Source: Spirochaetota bacterium (GTDB taxonomy: Bacteria > Spirochaetota > Spirochaetia > Treponematales > UBA12059). From it: a stretch of DNA of 59,405 nucleotides. Below are positions 27,130 through 36,897 of this stretch, piece after piece. Within the stretch, counting starts at the first letter, position 1. Every line of letters begins with the position of its first letter. Made by a program: the position numbers and the translations under genes. Location: positions 1 to 59,405 of the forward strand of contig QKAK01000098.1 in the NCBI GenBank assembly GCA_003247225.1. The letters are read 5' to 3'. The notes under the pieces are model-generated. The model was given only the letters and a program-made list of their open reading frames with translations, searched no databases and was not told where the DNA came from.

Positions 27130-28217
27130 CGGACGCCCGGCGCCGCGTCCGGGCCGCCGAGCTGGCCGCAGGCGGCCGCCAGGCCGCGGCCCCGCGGCGC
27201 CCGGACGCGCGCCTCCAGGCCGCGTTCCGCCAGCGAGGCCATGAACGCGTCGATCTCCGGCTCGGTCGGCGCCCGGCCTATCGGCGCCGGCCCGGGATTG
27301 TACGGTATCACGTTGACGAGCGCCCGCCCCGCGGCTCGGACGAAGGCCGCGACGCCGTCGGCCGCCCCGGGCCCGTCGTTCACGCCCGGGATCAGGCAGT
27401 AGTTGACCCCGAGCGCGAAGTTGCGCCTGGACGGGTAGGCGGCCAGCGCCTCGGCCAGCTCCCCGAGGCCGTGGGCCCGGCCGACGGGCATCAGCGCCGA
27501 GCGCACGGCGTCGTCCGGCGCGTTCAGGCTGACCGACAGCCCGAGCCGCCGGTAGCCGAGCCCCTTGAGCCGCGCGACGCCATCCGGCAGGCCGACGGTG
27601 CAGACCGTCACCCGCTCCTGGGCCAGGCCGATGGCCGACTGGTCGAACAGCGCCGCTAGCGCGCCGGCCAGGCCGTCGAAGTTGTCGAGCGGCTCGCCCA
27701 TGCCCATGAACACGACGTTCGAGAAATCCCAGCCGAGCGCGACCCTCGCCGTCACGGCCTGGGCGACGATCTCGCCCGCGGACAGGTTCCTGGATAGGCC
27801 GGCGCGGCCGGTCTCGCAGAAGGCGCAGCCCATGCGGCAGCCGACCTGCGACGACAGGCACAGCGTCGCGCCGCCGCCCGGCTGCGGGATGCGCACGCTC
27901 TCGACGGCCAGCCCGTCGTCGAGCCTGAATACGGCCTTGGACGTCGGCCCGTACTCGCCGTCCTCCGAGGCGACGCGGACCGGCTCGAGGAGGCCGACCC
28001 GGAAGCGCGGGGACAGGGCCTCGGCGTCGGCGCGGGACAGGTAGCGCCCGGGCTCCCAGCGGCCGTCGCCGAAGGCGGCCCGGTACGCGGCGCGAAGGTT
28101 CCGGCGCTTGCCTGCGCCCAGGCCGCTCGCGGCGAAGAAGGCCTCGAAGCCCAGGCCCAGGATGTCTACGGTCTCGGTCATCGCGCGATCATAGCGCGAA
28201 CGGGGATCGCGGGTCAT
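27126..28217 (-). CDS. rlmN: Radical SAM rRNA/tRNA adenine-C2 methyltransferase (RlmN/Cfr family)
   Basis: CLSSQVGCRMGCAFCETG (CxxxCxxC) and the C-terminal conserved Cys context AACGQL. The start could instead be the internal MTETVD at 28181. Confidence 0.85.
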   Translation of the reverse strand: MTRDPRSRYDRAMTETVDILGLGFEAFFAASGLGAGKRRNLRAAYRAAFGDGRWEPGRYLSRADAEALSPRFRVGLLEPVRVASEDGEYGPTSKAVFRLDDGLAVESVRIPQPGGGATLCLSSQVGCRMGCAFCETGRAGLSRNLSAGEIVAQAVTARVALGWDFSNVVFMGMGEPLDNFDGLAGALAALFDQSAIGLAQERVTVCTVGLPDGVARLKGLGYRRLGLSVSLNAPDDAVRSALMPVGRAHGLGELAEALAAYPSRRNFALGVNYCLIPGVNDGPGAADGVAAFVRAAGRALVNVIPYNPGPAPIGRAPTEPEIDAFMASLAERGLEARVRAPRGRGLAAACGQLGGPDAAPGVR

Positions 28218-28257
28218 CCGGCCGAGGCGGACGGAGCCCGGCGGATGCGGCCGGCGT

Positions 28258-30828
28258 TCAGGACTTGCGCAGGCCCCCGTCGAGGACCCAGGGCGCGTAC
28301 TTACGGTCCTCGAGCAGCGTGTGGCGTATGAAGCAGTCCTTCATGAAGTCCGCCAGGCCGGGGACCGAGTCCCCCGCCCGGATGCGCCCCATATAGCCGG
28401 ACAGCTCGCCGAGCAGCTCGTCGTGCTCGCGGGCGTGCTCCTCGCGGCCGGGATAGCCGACCGACTCCTGCAGCGCCTCCTCATCGGAGAAGTGGTCGGA
28501 CAGCAAGGCCTCGAGGCGTTCCAGGACCGCGGTCGCGCCGCTATCCGCCGCGCCCGTCACCTCGTCCATCGCCCCGAAGATACGGCGATGCTGGGCGTCC
28601 ATCGCCGCGATGCCGAGCTCGTACTCCGGCCTCCAGCGGAACTCGAAGACCGCCCTGACGATCGCCAGCCGCCGCTCGAGCCCCTCGCGGAGCCGCCACA
28701 GCAGCGCCGGCCTCGCCTCCACGACGGCGCGCGGGAACGCCAGCCAGGCCGTAGGCCCGCGCCCGACGGCCGAGAACAGCCGCATCGACCTGCAGAGCGC
28801 GCGTTCGTCGCCGAGCGCCGCGCCCGGCGCCAGTTCCTCGAAGGCTATGCCGCCGTAGGTCAGCGAGGCCTCGCCGGAGACGAGGACGAGCAGCTCGTCC
28901 TCCGGCGCCTCGGCGTCGAGGGCGCCGCCGCCCGACTCGACGCGGCGCGAGGCGGCGGCCAAGCCGTAGAGGCTGGCCATGGACCGTATATCCGAGAAGA
29001 GCGGCAGGGCGGTCAGTTCGTCCATGGCCGCCGTCGAGCGGAGCAGCTCGGCCTCGAGGCCGTTGTCCCGCGCGAAGGCCGCGAAGGCCCCGGCCGGCAG
29101 CTCGACGACCGACGCGTCGCGCTCGACGAACCAGTCGGCGGGCTCGCTCTCGCCGCGCAGGACCGCGGCCGCCCCGAGCAGGGCGCCCGGCCCGTACGAC
29201 GCCGCCGGCCCCGCGCCGGCGCCGCGTTTAACGCGGCCGTCAAGGGTCAACAGCGCGGCCGGGGGCGCGACCCCGGCGGAGAGCAGGCGATCGCCGGCCT
29301 CGCGCTCGCGGCACGGGCGCGAGGCCAGCGCCTCGACCGCCTCGGCCGGGGCGTCGGGAAAGTAGCGCCGGAGCGCGCCCGCGGCCGCCTCGGCGGCCCA
29401 GTCCCGCCGCGCGGGCGCCAGGACGCTGACCTCGCCGAACGATGCCACGCGCCCGAAGCCCTTACCCGCCAGCGCGCCGGCCGAGTCGCCGTGGCTCAGG
29501 AGCAGGTCGCCGGAGCGGTCGCCCGCGAAATCGTCCGGGTCGCCGTGTATCATGCCGCCGCCGACGTCCACCTTCTTGACGTCCGCCGGCTCGAGGTAGG
29601 CCGCCTTCGCGCGCTCGGCCTCCGCGGCCGTGACGCCGGCGGCCGCGGCGTCGTCCGTGACCATCGAGTCGATCACGGCGAACGAGCTCAGGTCGGCGTA
29701 GTGCGCGTAGGTCCTATACCCGTCCGCGCCGGCCGCCCTGAACCGGAGTATCGTCGTCTCGAGCGGGTGCGGCGAGTAGATCGGCCGGACGCCGAGGCCG
29801 CAGACGTCGTTCCACTCGTCCGGCCGCAGGTCGACCACGTCGAACAGGCGGGCGAAATCGTCCGCGTCGACGCCGCAGAGGGCCCGCAGCTTCTCGGTCG
29901 CCGAGCGCCTGACCATGGGGACCGCGTAGTACGACAGCCGCCGGTCGGCGCGCATCAGGCTCGTCAGGCCGACGAAATGGTCGTCGTGGACGTGCGTATG
30001 GAAGACGCCCGCGAGGTCGCCGACGCCGAGGCCGACCGCGTCGAGGCTCTCCTCGATGTTCGGGCCCGCGTCGATCAGGTAGCGGCGCCCCTCGTGGACG
30101 ACGAGGCTGCACATGCAGGGGCGGTCCGGGTCCCAGCCGTCGCCCTCGCCGAGATGGACCACGGCGAACGCGTCGTAGCCTATCCTGGAGCGGGGCAGCG
30201 CGTACGGCGCGCCGTACGACGCCCCCGGCCCGAGGCTCAGGCCGACGTCGACCGACGCGCCGCCGCAGATGAACTCGTAGCGGTTGACGCCGAGCCTGCG
30301 CAGGAAGGCGCCGTCGCGGAGCCCGACGACGGGGCCGTCGATGACGCGGACGTCGAGCAGCTCGTCCAGGGAGCGGAACGCGCCGAACGAGAACTTGCGC
30401 TTCATGCGTATCAGCTCGGCCGCGGCCGCCGGGTCGTCGGGATCGAGCGCCTCCGGCTCGGTAATGCCGTAGTTGCCGGCGTAGATATAGCGGGCCTGGG
30501 CCTCGACCTGGTCGCGGAGCCCGACGAGCATCGGCCGGACGCCGGTGTTGCGCGGGTGGCCGGGCACGATCAGGCCCTGGCGGTACAGCATCTGGAGCAC
30601 GGGGAATTCGGCGAGGTTCGAGAAGCGGCCGTTCTGGATCGGCAGCTCGGAAAGCAGTATAGCGTTCGGCCCGGTCTCGTAGAGCCGGCCGCCATCCGCC
30701 TCGGGTCGTATGACGCCGCCGCGTATCATGAACTTCACGACGTTCTCGGGGCAGCCGCACAGCACGGACAGCCCGGCCTCCGGGATCCCGACGACGCTGA
30801 CGCCGTCGCAGATATCGACTTTTTCCAT
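28258..30828 (-). CDS. Multidomain sensor/hydrolase: unknown N-domain + MBL-fold (HxHxDH) + cNMP-binding-like repeats + C-terminal hemerythrin
   Basis: 856 aa. HTHVHDDH sits at aa 277-284 (nt 29977-30000). Phosphate-binding-cassette-like segments include [42 protein letters not shown] and [21 protein letters not shown]. The hemerythrin ligand pattern is at aa ~728-850 ([36 protein letters not shown]). Confidence 0.8.
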   Translation of the reverse strand: MEKVDICDGVSVVGIPEAGLSVLCGCPENVVKFMIRGGVIRPEADGGRLYETGPNAILLSELPIQNGRFSNLAEFPVLQMLYRQGLIVPGHPRNTGVRPMLVGLRDQVEAQARYIYAGNYGITEPEALDPDDPAAAAELIRMKRKFSFGAFRSLDELLDVRVIDGPVVGLRDGAFLRRLGVNRYEFICGGASVDVGLSLGPGASYGAPYALPRSRIGYDAFAVVHLGEGDGWDPDRPCMCSLVVHEGRRYLIDAGPNIEESLDAVGLGVGDLAGVFHTHVHDDHFVGLTSLMRADRRLSYYAVPMVRRSATEKLRALCGVDADDFARLFDVVDLRPDEWNDVCGLGVRPIYSPHPLETTILRFRAAGADGYRTYAHYADLSSFAVIDSMVTDDAAAAGVTAAEAERAKAAYLEPADVKKVDVGGGMIHGDPDDFAGDRSGDLLLSHGDSAGALAGKGFGRVASFGEVSVLAPARRDWAAEAAAGALRRYFPDAPAEAVEALASRPCREREAGDRLLSAGVAPPAALLTLDGRVKRGAGAGPAASYGPGALLGAAAVLRGESEPADWFVERDASVVELPAGAFAAFARDNGLEAELLRSTAAMDELTALPLFSDIRSMASLYGLAAASRRVESGGGALDAEAPEDELLVLVSGEASLTYGGIAFEELAPGAALGDERALCRSMRLFSAVGRGPTAWLAFPRAVVEARPALLWRLREGLERRLAIVRAVFEFRWRPEYELGIAAMDAQHRRIFGAMDEVTGAADSGATAVLERLEALLSDHFSDEEALQESVGYPGREEHAREHDELLGELSGYMGRIRAGDSVPGLADFMKDCFIRHTLLEDRKYAPWVLDGGLRKS

Positions 30829-30992
30829 CGTTAGCCCCCGATCCGGGAACGGGTCGCGCCGCGAGGGCGCCGAGCCGTCGTCCCCTCGCCTCCAGTATAG
30901 CGCAATCCCGCGCGGCGGGCGCCCTTGCCTCCGGCCGAGTTCGGTGCAACAATGGTCGCAGGCGGCCCCGCGCCGTCCAGGAGGTACACGAT

Positions 30993-31835
30993 ATGAGGAA
31001 ATTCAGTATCGTCGTCATGGCGCTCGCGGCGCTATCGGCAACGTCGGCCTTCGCGATGGGCGGCAAGGAAGCCCCCGGGGCCGCGGCCGGGCCCGAGCCG
31101 ACCATGGGCGCGTCGGGCCTGCCCGACCTCGGCGGGCGCGTCATCGTCGCGGTCACCGAGAACGCCTACACGCCGCTCAACTTCGTCGACCCCAAGACCG
31201 GCAAGGCCATGGGCTGGGAGTACGACGCGGTCAACGAGATCGCCAGGCGCCTCAACGCCAAGGTCGACTGGCAGCTGTCCAGCTGGGACCTGATGATACA
31301 GTCGGTACGCGACGGCCAGTTCGACGTGGGCATGGACGGCATCACCATCACCGACGAGCGCAGGGGCCAGGTCGCCTTCTCCGACCCGTACATGGTATCG
31401 CAGCAGTTCATGCTCGTGCGGGCCGACGAGGCGCGCTTCTCCGACCCGGCCTCGTTCGCGGCGAACCCGAAGCTGCTGGTCGGCGCCCAGGCCGGCACCA
31501 CGAACTTCTACGTGGCCGTCTACGAGGTGCTCGACGGCGACGAGCAGAACAAGCGCATCAAGCTGTTCGAGACCTTCGGCGCCACCGTGCAGGCGCTGAT
31601 AGCCGGCGACGTCGACATGGTGCTGATGGACGCGGCCTCCAGCAAGGGCTATATCGGGGCTAACCCCGGCAAGCTCAAGAGCGTCGGCGGCCCGCTAGGG
31701 ACCGAGGAGTTCGGCTTCATCTTCCCGCCGGGATCGGAGCTCGTCGGGCCGTTCAACGCCGCCCTCGCCTCGATGAGGGCCGACGGCACGCTGGAGCGGC
31801 TGAACGTCAAGTGGTTCTTCGAGTACCAGCCGTAA
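30993..31835 (+). CDS. Polar amino-acid ABC transporter substrate-binding protein (family 3)
   Basis: 280 aa. Signal peptide, then PLNFVD...GWEYD, and [21 protein letters not shown]. Confidence 0.88.
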   Translation: MRKFSIVVMALAALSATSAFAMGGKEAPGAAAGPEPTMGASGLPDLGGRVIVAVTENAYTPLNFVDPKTGKAMGWEYDAVNEIARRLNAKVDWQLSSWDLMIQSVRDGQFDVGMDGITITDERRGQVAFSDPYMVSQQFMLVRADEARFSDPASFAANPKLLVGAQAGTTNFYVAVYEVLDGDEQNKRIKLFETFGATVQALIAGDVDMVLMDAASSKGYIGANPGKLKSVGGPLGTEEFGFIFPPGSELVGPFNAALASMRADGTLERLNVKWFFEYQP

Positions 31836-31848
31836 AGAAGGGCCGAGG

Positions 31849-32667
31849 ATGACGAACGGTAGGAGGGCCGCCGGGATAGCGGCGGGCGTGCCGTGGTGGC
31901 TCGTCCTGCTCGTCGGCCTCGGCGCCATAGCGCTCGGGACCGCGCTGGCGGACGCGTCGTACAGGGTCATATTCGGCGCCGTGGCCAGGGGCTTCGGCGT
32001 GACGATAGGCGTGGCGCTCGCCTCGTACGCGGCGTCGCTGGCGCTCGGGCTCCTGCTCGGCCTCGCCAGGTCGTCGCGCCTGCGCCCGCTGCGCGAGGCG
32101 TCGACGTTCTACATCGAGCTGGTGCGCGGCCTGCCGATGCTCGTCATCCTCTACTACATAGCCTTCGTCGGCGCCCCGGCGCTGGCCGAGGTCCTGAACG
32201 GGCTGCTGGCGCCGCTGATCCGCGCAGGCGCCGTCAAGGCCTTCCAGGCCCGCGACTTCAGCTTCGCGACCAGGGCCGGCCTCGCGCTGACCCTCGGCTA
32301 CGCCGCCTTCATAGCGGAGATCTTCCGCGCCGGCATCGAGAGCGTCGACAAGGGCCAGGTCGAGGCGGCCCACGCGCTCGGGCTGTCGCACTCTCAGACG
32401 ATGCTGCGCGTCGTGCTGCCGCAGGCCGTCAAGAACGTGCTACCGGCGCTGGCCAACGAGTTCGTCGCGATCATCAAGGACTCGGCGCTGGTGTCTGTGC
32501 TCGGCGTCCAGGACATAACCCAGATCGGCAAGGTCTACGCCGCGAGCACGTTCAAGTTCTTCGAGACCTACAACGTCGTCGCGTTCTTCTACCTATGCAT
32601 GACGGTGAGCCTGTCGATGCTGGTGCGCGCCCTCGAGCGCAGGCTCAAGAGGGAGAGCGCGCGATGA
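31849..32667 (+). CDS. Polar amino-acid ABC transporter permease (HisM/GlnP family)
   Basis: 272 aa with [16 protein letters not shown] and the EAA loop [25 protein letters not shown]. Confidence 0.88.
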   Translation: MTNGRRAAGIAAGVPWWLVLLVGLGAIALGTALADASYRVIFGAVARGFGVTIGVALASYAASLALGLLLGLARSSRLRPLREASTFYIELVRGLPMLVILYYIAFVGAPALAEVLNGLLAPLIRAGAVKAFQARDFSFATRAGLALTLGYAAFIAEIFRAGIESVDKGQVEAAHALGLSHSQTMLRVVLPQAVKNVLPALANEFVAIIKDSALVSVLGVQDITQIGKVYAASTFKFFETYNVVAFFYLCMTVSLSMLVRALERRLKRESAR

Positions 32668-33410
32668 GCGGATTCATACGCGTCGTGGACGCGGTCAAGA
32701 CCTTCGGCGACCCGGAACGAGGCGGCGTCCGCGCGCTCGACGGCGTCAGCCTCGAGGTGGCCCGCGGCGAGGTCGTGCTCGTGATCGGCCCGTCCGGCTC
32801 CGGCAAGAGCACCCTGCTCCGCGCGGTCAACCGGCTCGAGCGGCTCGACTCCGGCGGCATCTGGATAGGCGACGACGAGGTGACCGCGAAGCGCGCCGAC
32901 CTCAGGCGCATCCGCGAGGACGCCGGCATGGTCTTCCAGAGCTTCAACCTGTTCTCGCACATGAGCGTGATCGACAACGTGACGCTGGCGCCGCGCCTCG
33001 TGCGCGGGACGCCGGCGCGCGAGGCGCTCGAGGCGGGCCGGGCCATACTCGAGCGCGTCGGCCTCGGCGACAAGCTCGACGCCTACCCGCGCCAGCTGTC
33101 CGGCGGACAGCAGCAGCGCGCCGCGATAGCCAGGGCGCTCGCGATGAACCCCAAGGCGCTGCTGTTCGACGAGCCGACCTCGGCCCTGGACCCGGAGATG
33201 ATCAAGGAAGTGCTCGACGTGATGACCGCGCTGGCCGACGACGGCATGACGATGATGGTCGTCTCGCACGAGATGGGCTTCGCGAGGGCCGCCGCCGACC
33301 GGGTCGTATTCATGGACCGCGGCAGGATAGTGGAACAGGGAACGCCCGACGAGCTGTTCGCTAGCCCGCGCGAGGAGCGCACCAAGGAATTCCTCGGGCA
33401 CATCCTGTAG
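32664..33410 (+). CDS. Polar amino-acid ABC transporter ATP-binding protein
   Basis: Start [15 protein letters not shown] at 32664 (ATGA overlap). [17 protein letters not shown], and [13 protein letters not shown]. Confidence 0.92.
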   Translation: MSGFIRVVDAVKTFGDPERGGVRALDGVSLEVARGEVVLVIGPSGSGKSTLLRAVNRLERLDSGGIWIGDDEVTAKRADLRRIREDAGMVFQSFNLFSHMSVIDNVTLAPRLVRGTPAREALEAGRAILERVGLGDKLDAYPRQLSGGQQQRAAIARALAMNPKALLFDEPTSALDPEMIKEVLDVMTALADDGMTMMVVSHEMGFARAAADRVVFMDRGRIVEQGTPDELFASPREERTKEFLGHIL

Positions 33411-33445
33411 GACGACGGCGCCGCGACCGGCGCCAGGGAGGCGCG

Positions 33446-34342
33446 ATGAGCCGCTCGCTCGTATACCAGACGGATTTCGGCACCTCCGACGGCGCCGTGG
33501 CAGCCATGTACGGCGTGGCGCTCAAGGTCGACCCGGCCCTGGCCATCTTCGACCTGACGCACGACATACCGCAGTACAATATCTGGGAGGCCTCGTACCG
33601 GCTCGTGCAGACGGTCCAGTACTGGCCGGCCGGCACCGTGTTCGTATCGGTCGTCGACCCGGGCGTCGGCAGCTCGCGCCGCAGCGTCGCGGTCAGGACG
33701 GCCGCCGGCCAGATCGTCGTCACGCCGGACAACGGCACGCTGACGCACCTCAAGCTGCTGCAGGGCGTGGCGGAGGCTCGGCTCCTGGTCGAGGACGCCA
33801 ACCGGCTCTCGGGCTCGGAGCTGTCCTATACCTTCCACGGCCGGGACGTGTACGCCTATACCGGCGCCAGGCTAGCCTCGGGCCAGATCGCGTTCGAGGA
33901 CGTCGGCCCGGCCCTCGACCCGGCCTCCATCGTCGAGCTGGACCACGTGGACGCGGTCCGTTCCGGGGACGCGATCGAGGGCACGATAGACGTGCTCGAC
34001 GTTCGCTTCGGCAGCCTGTGGACGAACATACCGCACTCGATGTTCATAGGGCTCGGCGTCGACTACGGGAAGCGCGTCGAGGTATCGATACGCAACGACA
34101 CCCGCGAGGTCTACCGCAATACGATGGCCTACGCGCGCTCCTTCGCCGACGTGTCGCTCGGCGAGCCCCTCGCGTACGTCAACTCGGTGCTCAACCTGGC
34201 GGTGGCGATCAACCAGGGCTCGTTCGCCCGGGCCTACAACATAGGCACCGGGCTGTCCTGGAAGATCGCCGTCCGCAGGGCGCCGCGTATCGTGTACGAA
34301 CGACTAGCGATCCCTATACAGGTACTCGGGCGCCAGGTATAG
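33446..34342 (+). CDS. SAM hydrolase / SAM hydroxide adenosyltransferase family protein (DUF62)
   Basis: 298 aa. QTDFGTSDGAVAAMYGV, VSVVDPGVGSSRR, and TPDNGTLT. Confidence 0.85.
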   Translation: MSRSLVYQTDFGTSDGAVAAMYGVALKVDPALAIFDLTHDIPQYNIWEASYRLVQTVQYWPAGTVFVSVVDPGVGSSRRSVAVRTAAGQIVVTPDNGTLTHLKLLQGVAEARLLVEDANRLSGSELSYTFHGRDVYAYTGARLASGQIAFEDVGPALDPASIVELDHVDAVRSGDAIEGTIDVLDVRFGSLWTNIPHSMFIGLGVDYGKRVEVSIRNDTREVYRNTMAYARSFADVSLGEPLAYVNSVLNLAVAINQGSFARAYNIGTGLSWKIAVRRAPRIVYERLAIPIQVLGRQV

Positions 34343-36724
34343 CGCGCCCTCGCCCATCCCGGCCAGCTCGTCGATGAAGCCCGAGGCGCGCTCGAGCGCG
34401 CCGCCAGCTACCGACGACGCGCCCGATAGGCCGAGCAGCGACAGGAGCGGCCCGGTCTCGATCTCGCCGGGCAGGTACGCCTCGCAGCGGACGCCCGTTC
34501 CGAGCAGCTCCTCCATCGCGGCCTCGGCCTCGGCCAGGCCGCCGATCGCGTCGACGAGGCCGTTCTCCGCGGCCTCCGAGCCGAGCCAGATCTGGCCCTT
34601 GCCGAGCTCGTCTACCCGTGCCCTGTCCATGCCGCGGCCCTCGGCCACGACGTCGACGAAGCGGTCGTACACGTACATGATCATCCCGCGCTCGGCCTCG
34701 CCGTCGGCGTCGCGACGCGGCAGGAAGGGATTGCCGAACTCGCCGCTCGGGCCGGCGCTGACGGTAGCCGCCCCGACGCCGAGCAGCTCGAGCGTCCCGG
34801 TCAGGTTGAAGTCGAAGCCGGTCACGCCTATCGAGCCGGTCAGGGTACCCGCCTCGGCGATGATCCTGTCGGCGTAGGCGGAGATGTAGTAGCCGCCGGA
34901 CGCCGCGTAGCCCGCCATCGAGACGACGACCGGCTTGCCCGCGTCCTTGAGCTTCTTGACCTGCCTGGCTATGTGGTCGCTCGTCAGAGCGGAGCCGCCG
35001 CCGGAGTCGACGCGCATGATCACGCCGGCCACCGTCGGGTCGTCGCGCAGCGCGGCCAGCAGGTCGGCGGCCGACTCCCCGATGGACGAGCCGGCGACGC
35101 CCTCGCCGCCGACTATAGAGCCGGACAGGTAGACCAGCGCCACCTTCCTTCCGGGCGGGGGGCCCCACTCGAGGCCGCGCTCGCGCGCGTAGGAACGCAG
35201 GTCGACGCGGCCCGCGCCGTCGGTCAGCTCGGCGAGCCGCGCCTCGAACTCGTCGCGGTACAGGAGCTCGTCCGCGAGCCCGGCCTCGACGGCCGCGCGC
35301 GGGTCGAGGTAAGGCCCGGCGCCGATCGCGGACCGGCCGTCGGAGGCGAGCTTGCCGCCGCGCGCCCCGTCGAGCGCCGACCACGACTGCGACGCCAGCC
35401 CGGTCACGTAGCGCTCTATCATCGCGCGCTCCGGCCCGGTCATCGCCGGCTCGGTAATCGAGTTGTTCGCCGTCTTCGTCTCGTGCGACTGCAGGCTATA
35501 GGTCCGGACGCCGAAGCGCGCGAGCAGGTCCCTGAAGTACAGGTGGGTCGACGATACGTCGACCAGCGGCAGTCCGCCGTTCGGGTCCAGGGCGACGAGC
35601 TCGGCGCCGGCCGCGGCGTAGACGTACGACAGGCGGCCCATCGACTGGGCGAACACGTAGACGGGCTTGCCCGCGGCCCTGAAGCGCCCTAAGGCGCGGC
35701 CGAATTCCTGGGCCCGCGCGTCCGTATCGAACACCGGCGGCTCGAGCATCGCGAGCGCCCGGATCGACGCGTCGGAGGCGGCGCGGTCTATCGCGGCGAC
35801 CGCCAGGTCGAACCAGAGGACCGCCTGGTCGCCGAAACCGGGGTCCATGTCGACGAGGGGCGGGTTAGGCTGGAACAGCCCGGGTTCGTCGATGACGAGG
35901 ACCGAGGAGCCGAAGACCCGCTCGGCCGACTTGACGGCCCGGCCGAGCCGCAGGGCCTGGCCGACGGACGCGCGGCCGTCCAGGAGGCCGGCGCCGGCCG
36001 ACGAGTAGCCGGCGGAGGTCTCGGCGCCGGACAGCGTCACAGCCAGGGCGACGCCTATCGACGAATCGGCGAACGAGTACGAGCCGGAGAGGCTCAGCCA
36101 GTCGTCCAGCACGAACCGCGCGCCGGCGCCCGTCATCGAGAAGCCGTCGGGCCCGAGCCGGGCGTCGGCGCTCAGCGTGAGCGCCGGGCCGAGCCGCGGG
36201 CTGAACGCGAGCGGCCTGACCGCCAGGGCGAGCGAGGCCCCGTCGTAGCCGTCGCCGGCCAGGTCGAGCACGTCGTCGACCGACGCGGAGAAGGACGCGT
36301 AGCCGGAAGGCCGCACGATCACGCCGAGGTCCTGGACGCCCCAGGCCGACGCGGCCGTATCGTCCCAGCGGAAGCGCAGGCCCATGCCGAAGGCTCGGCC
36401 GAGGCCGAAGGCGCTCGTCAGGGCGTGCCGCGGCGAGCCTCCGTCGTCGGTATAGCGATAGACGAGCCCGGGCACCCCGTAGGCGAGGTCCACGGTCGCC
36501 GGCAGCGTACCGCCGGCGTACGAGGCCAGGTCGGAGACGCCGGCCTCGCCCCGAAAGCCGAACGCCATGGCGTCGGGAAAGAGGGACCAGGCGGCCGGGC
36601 CGTCCGAATAATCCCAGACGGTATGCGGGTCGGCGGCGGATTGGGCGTACGCGCCCGACGCCGCGAAGGATATCGCGACGACCGCGAACAGGCGCCGAAG
36701 CGCCCGGCTAGACGTTTGCTGCAT
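34304..36724 (-). CDS. sppA: Signal peptide peptidase SppA (two S49 domains) with a ~270-aa N-terminal beta-rich extension
   Basis: 806 aa. Signal peptide, and a C-terminal S49 domain with SGGGSALTSDHI...MAGYAASGGYYIS...GSIGV. The N-terminal region shows alternating-hydrophobic beta-strand-like segments. Confidence 0.85.
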   Translation of the reverse strand: MQQTSSRALRRLFAVVAISFAASGAYAQSAADPHTVWDYSDGPAAWSLFPDAMAFGFRGEAGVSDLASYAGGTLPATVDLAYGVPGLVYRYTDDGGSPRHALTSAFGLGRAFGMGLRFRWDDTAASAWGVQDLGVIVRPSGYASFSASVDDVLDLAGDGYDGASLALAVRPLAFSPRLGPALTLSADARLGPDGFSMTGAGARFVLDDWLSLSGSYSFADSSIGVALAVTLSGAETSAGYSSAGAGLLDGRASVGQALRLGRAVKSAERVFGSSVLVIDEPGLFQPNPPLVDMDPGFGDQAVLWFDLAVAAIDRAASDASIRALAMLEPPVFDTDARAQEFGRALGRFRAAGKPVYVFAQSMGRLSYVYAAAGAELVALDPNGGLPLVDVSSTHLYFRDLLARFGVRTYSLQSHETKTANNSITEPAMTGPERAMIERYVTGLASQSWSALDGARGGKLASDGRSAIGAGPYLDPRAAVEAGLADELLYRDEFEARLAELTDGAGRVDLRSYARERGLEWGPPPGRKVALVYLSGSIVGGEGVAGSSIGESAADLLAALRDDPTVAGVIMRVDSGGGSALTSDHIARQVKKLKDAGKPVVVSMAGYAASGGYYISAYADRIIAEAGTLTGSIGVTGFDFNLTGTLELLGVGAATVSAGPSGEFGNPFLPRRDADGEAERGMIMYVYDRFVDVVAEGRGMDRARVDELGKGQIWLGSEAAENGLVDAIGGLAEAEAAMEELLGTGVRCEAYLPGEIETGPLLSLLGLSGASSVAGGALERASGFIDELAGMGEGALYLAPEYLYRDR

Positions 36725-36807
36725 GTATTACACTCCTCAGGCTAAGTATACTTTACCCGTTCGACCCCATACCATATCGCGCCGGCCGCGGTTCGACGAC
36801 GCCATAA

Positions 36808-36858
36808 GGAGACGACGGCTCCGCGGGAGACGACGGCTCCGCAGGAGACGACGGCCCA
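36808..36858. repeat. Three tandem 18-bp direct repeats in the sppA/MFS divergent intergenic region
   Basis: GGAGACGACGGCTCCGCG / GGAGACGACGGCTCCGCA / GGAGACGACGGCCCA. Each unit carries a GGAG..CTCC dyad. They lie about 40 bp upstream of the MFS start. Confidence 0.8.
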
Positions 36859-36897
36859 TAGGCGGCCGCGATTCGTTGTCGCTATACTCGCCGCATC

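Noticed and set aside
34304-34342. 39-nt convergent overlap of the DUF62 gene and sppA 3' ends
   Set aside because: Both reading frames have strong family support up to near their ends. A short tail-to-tail overlap is plausible and not evidence of a mis-call or a special mechanism.
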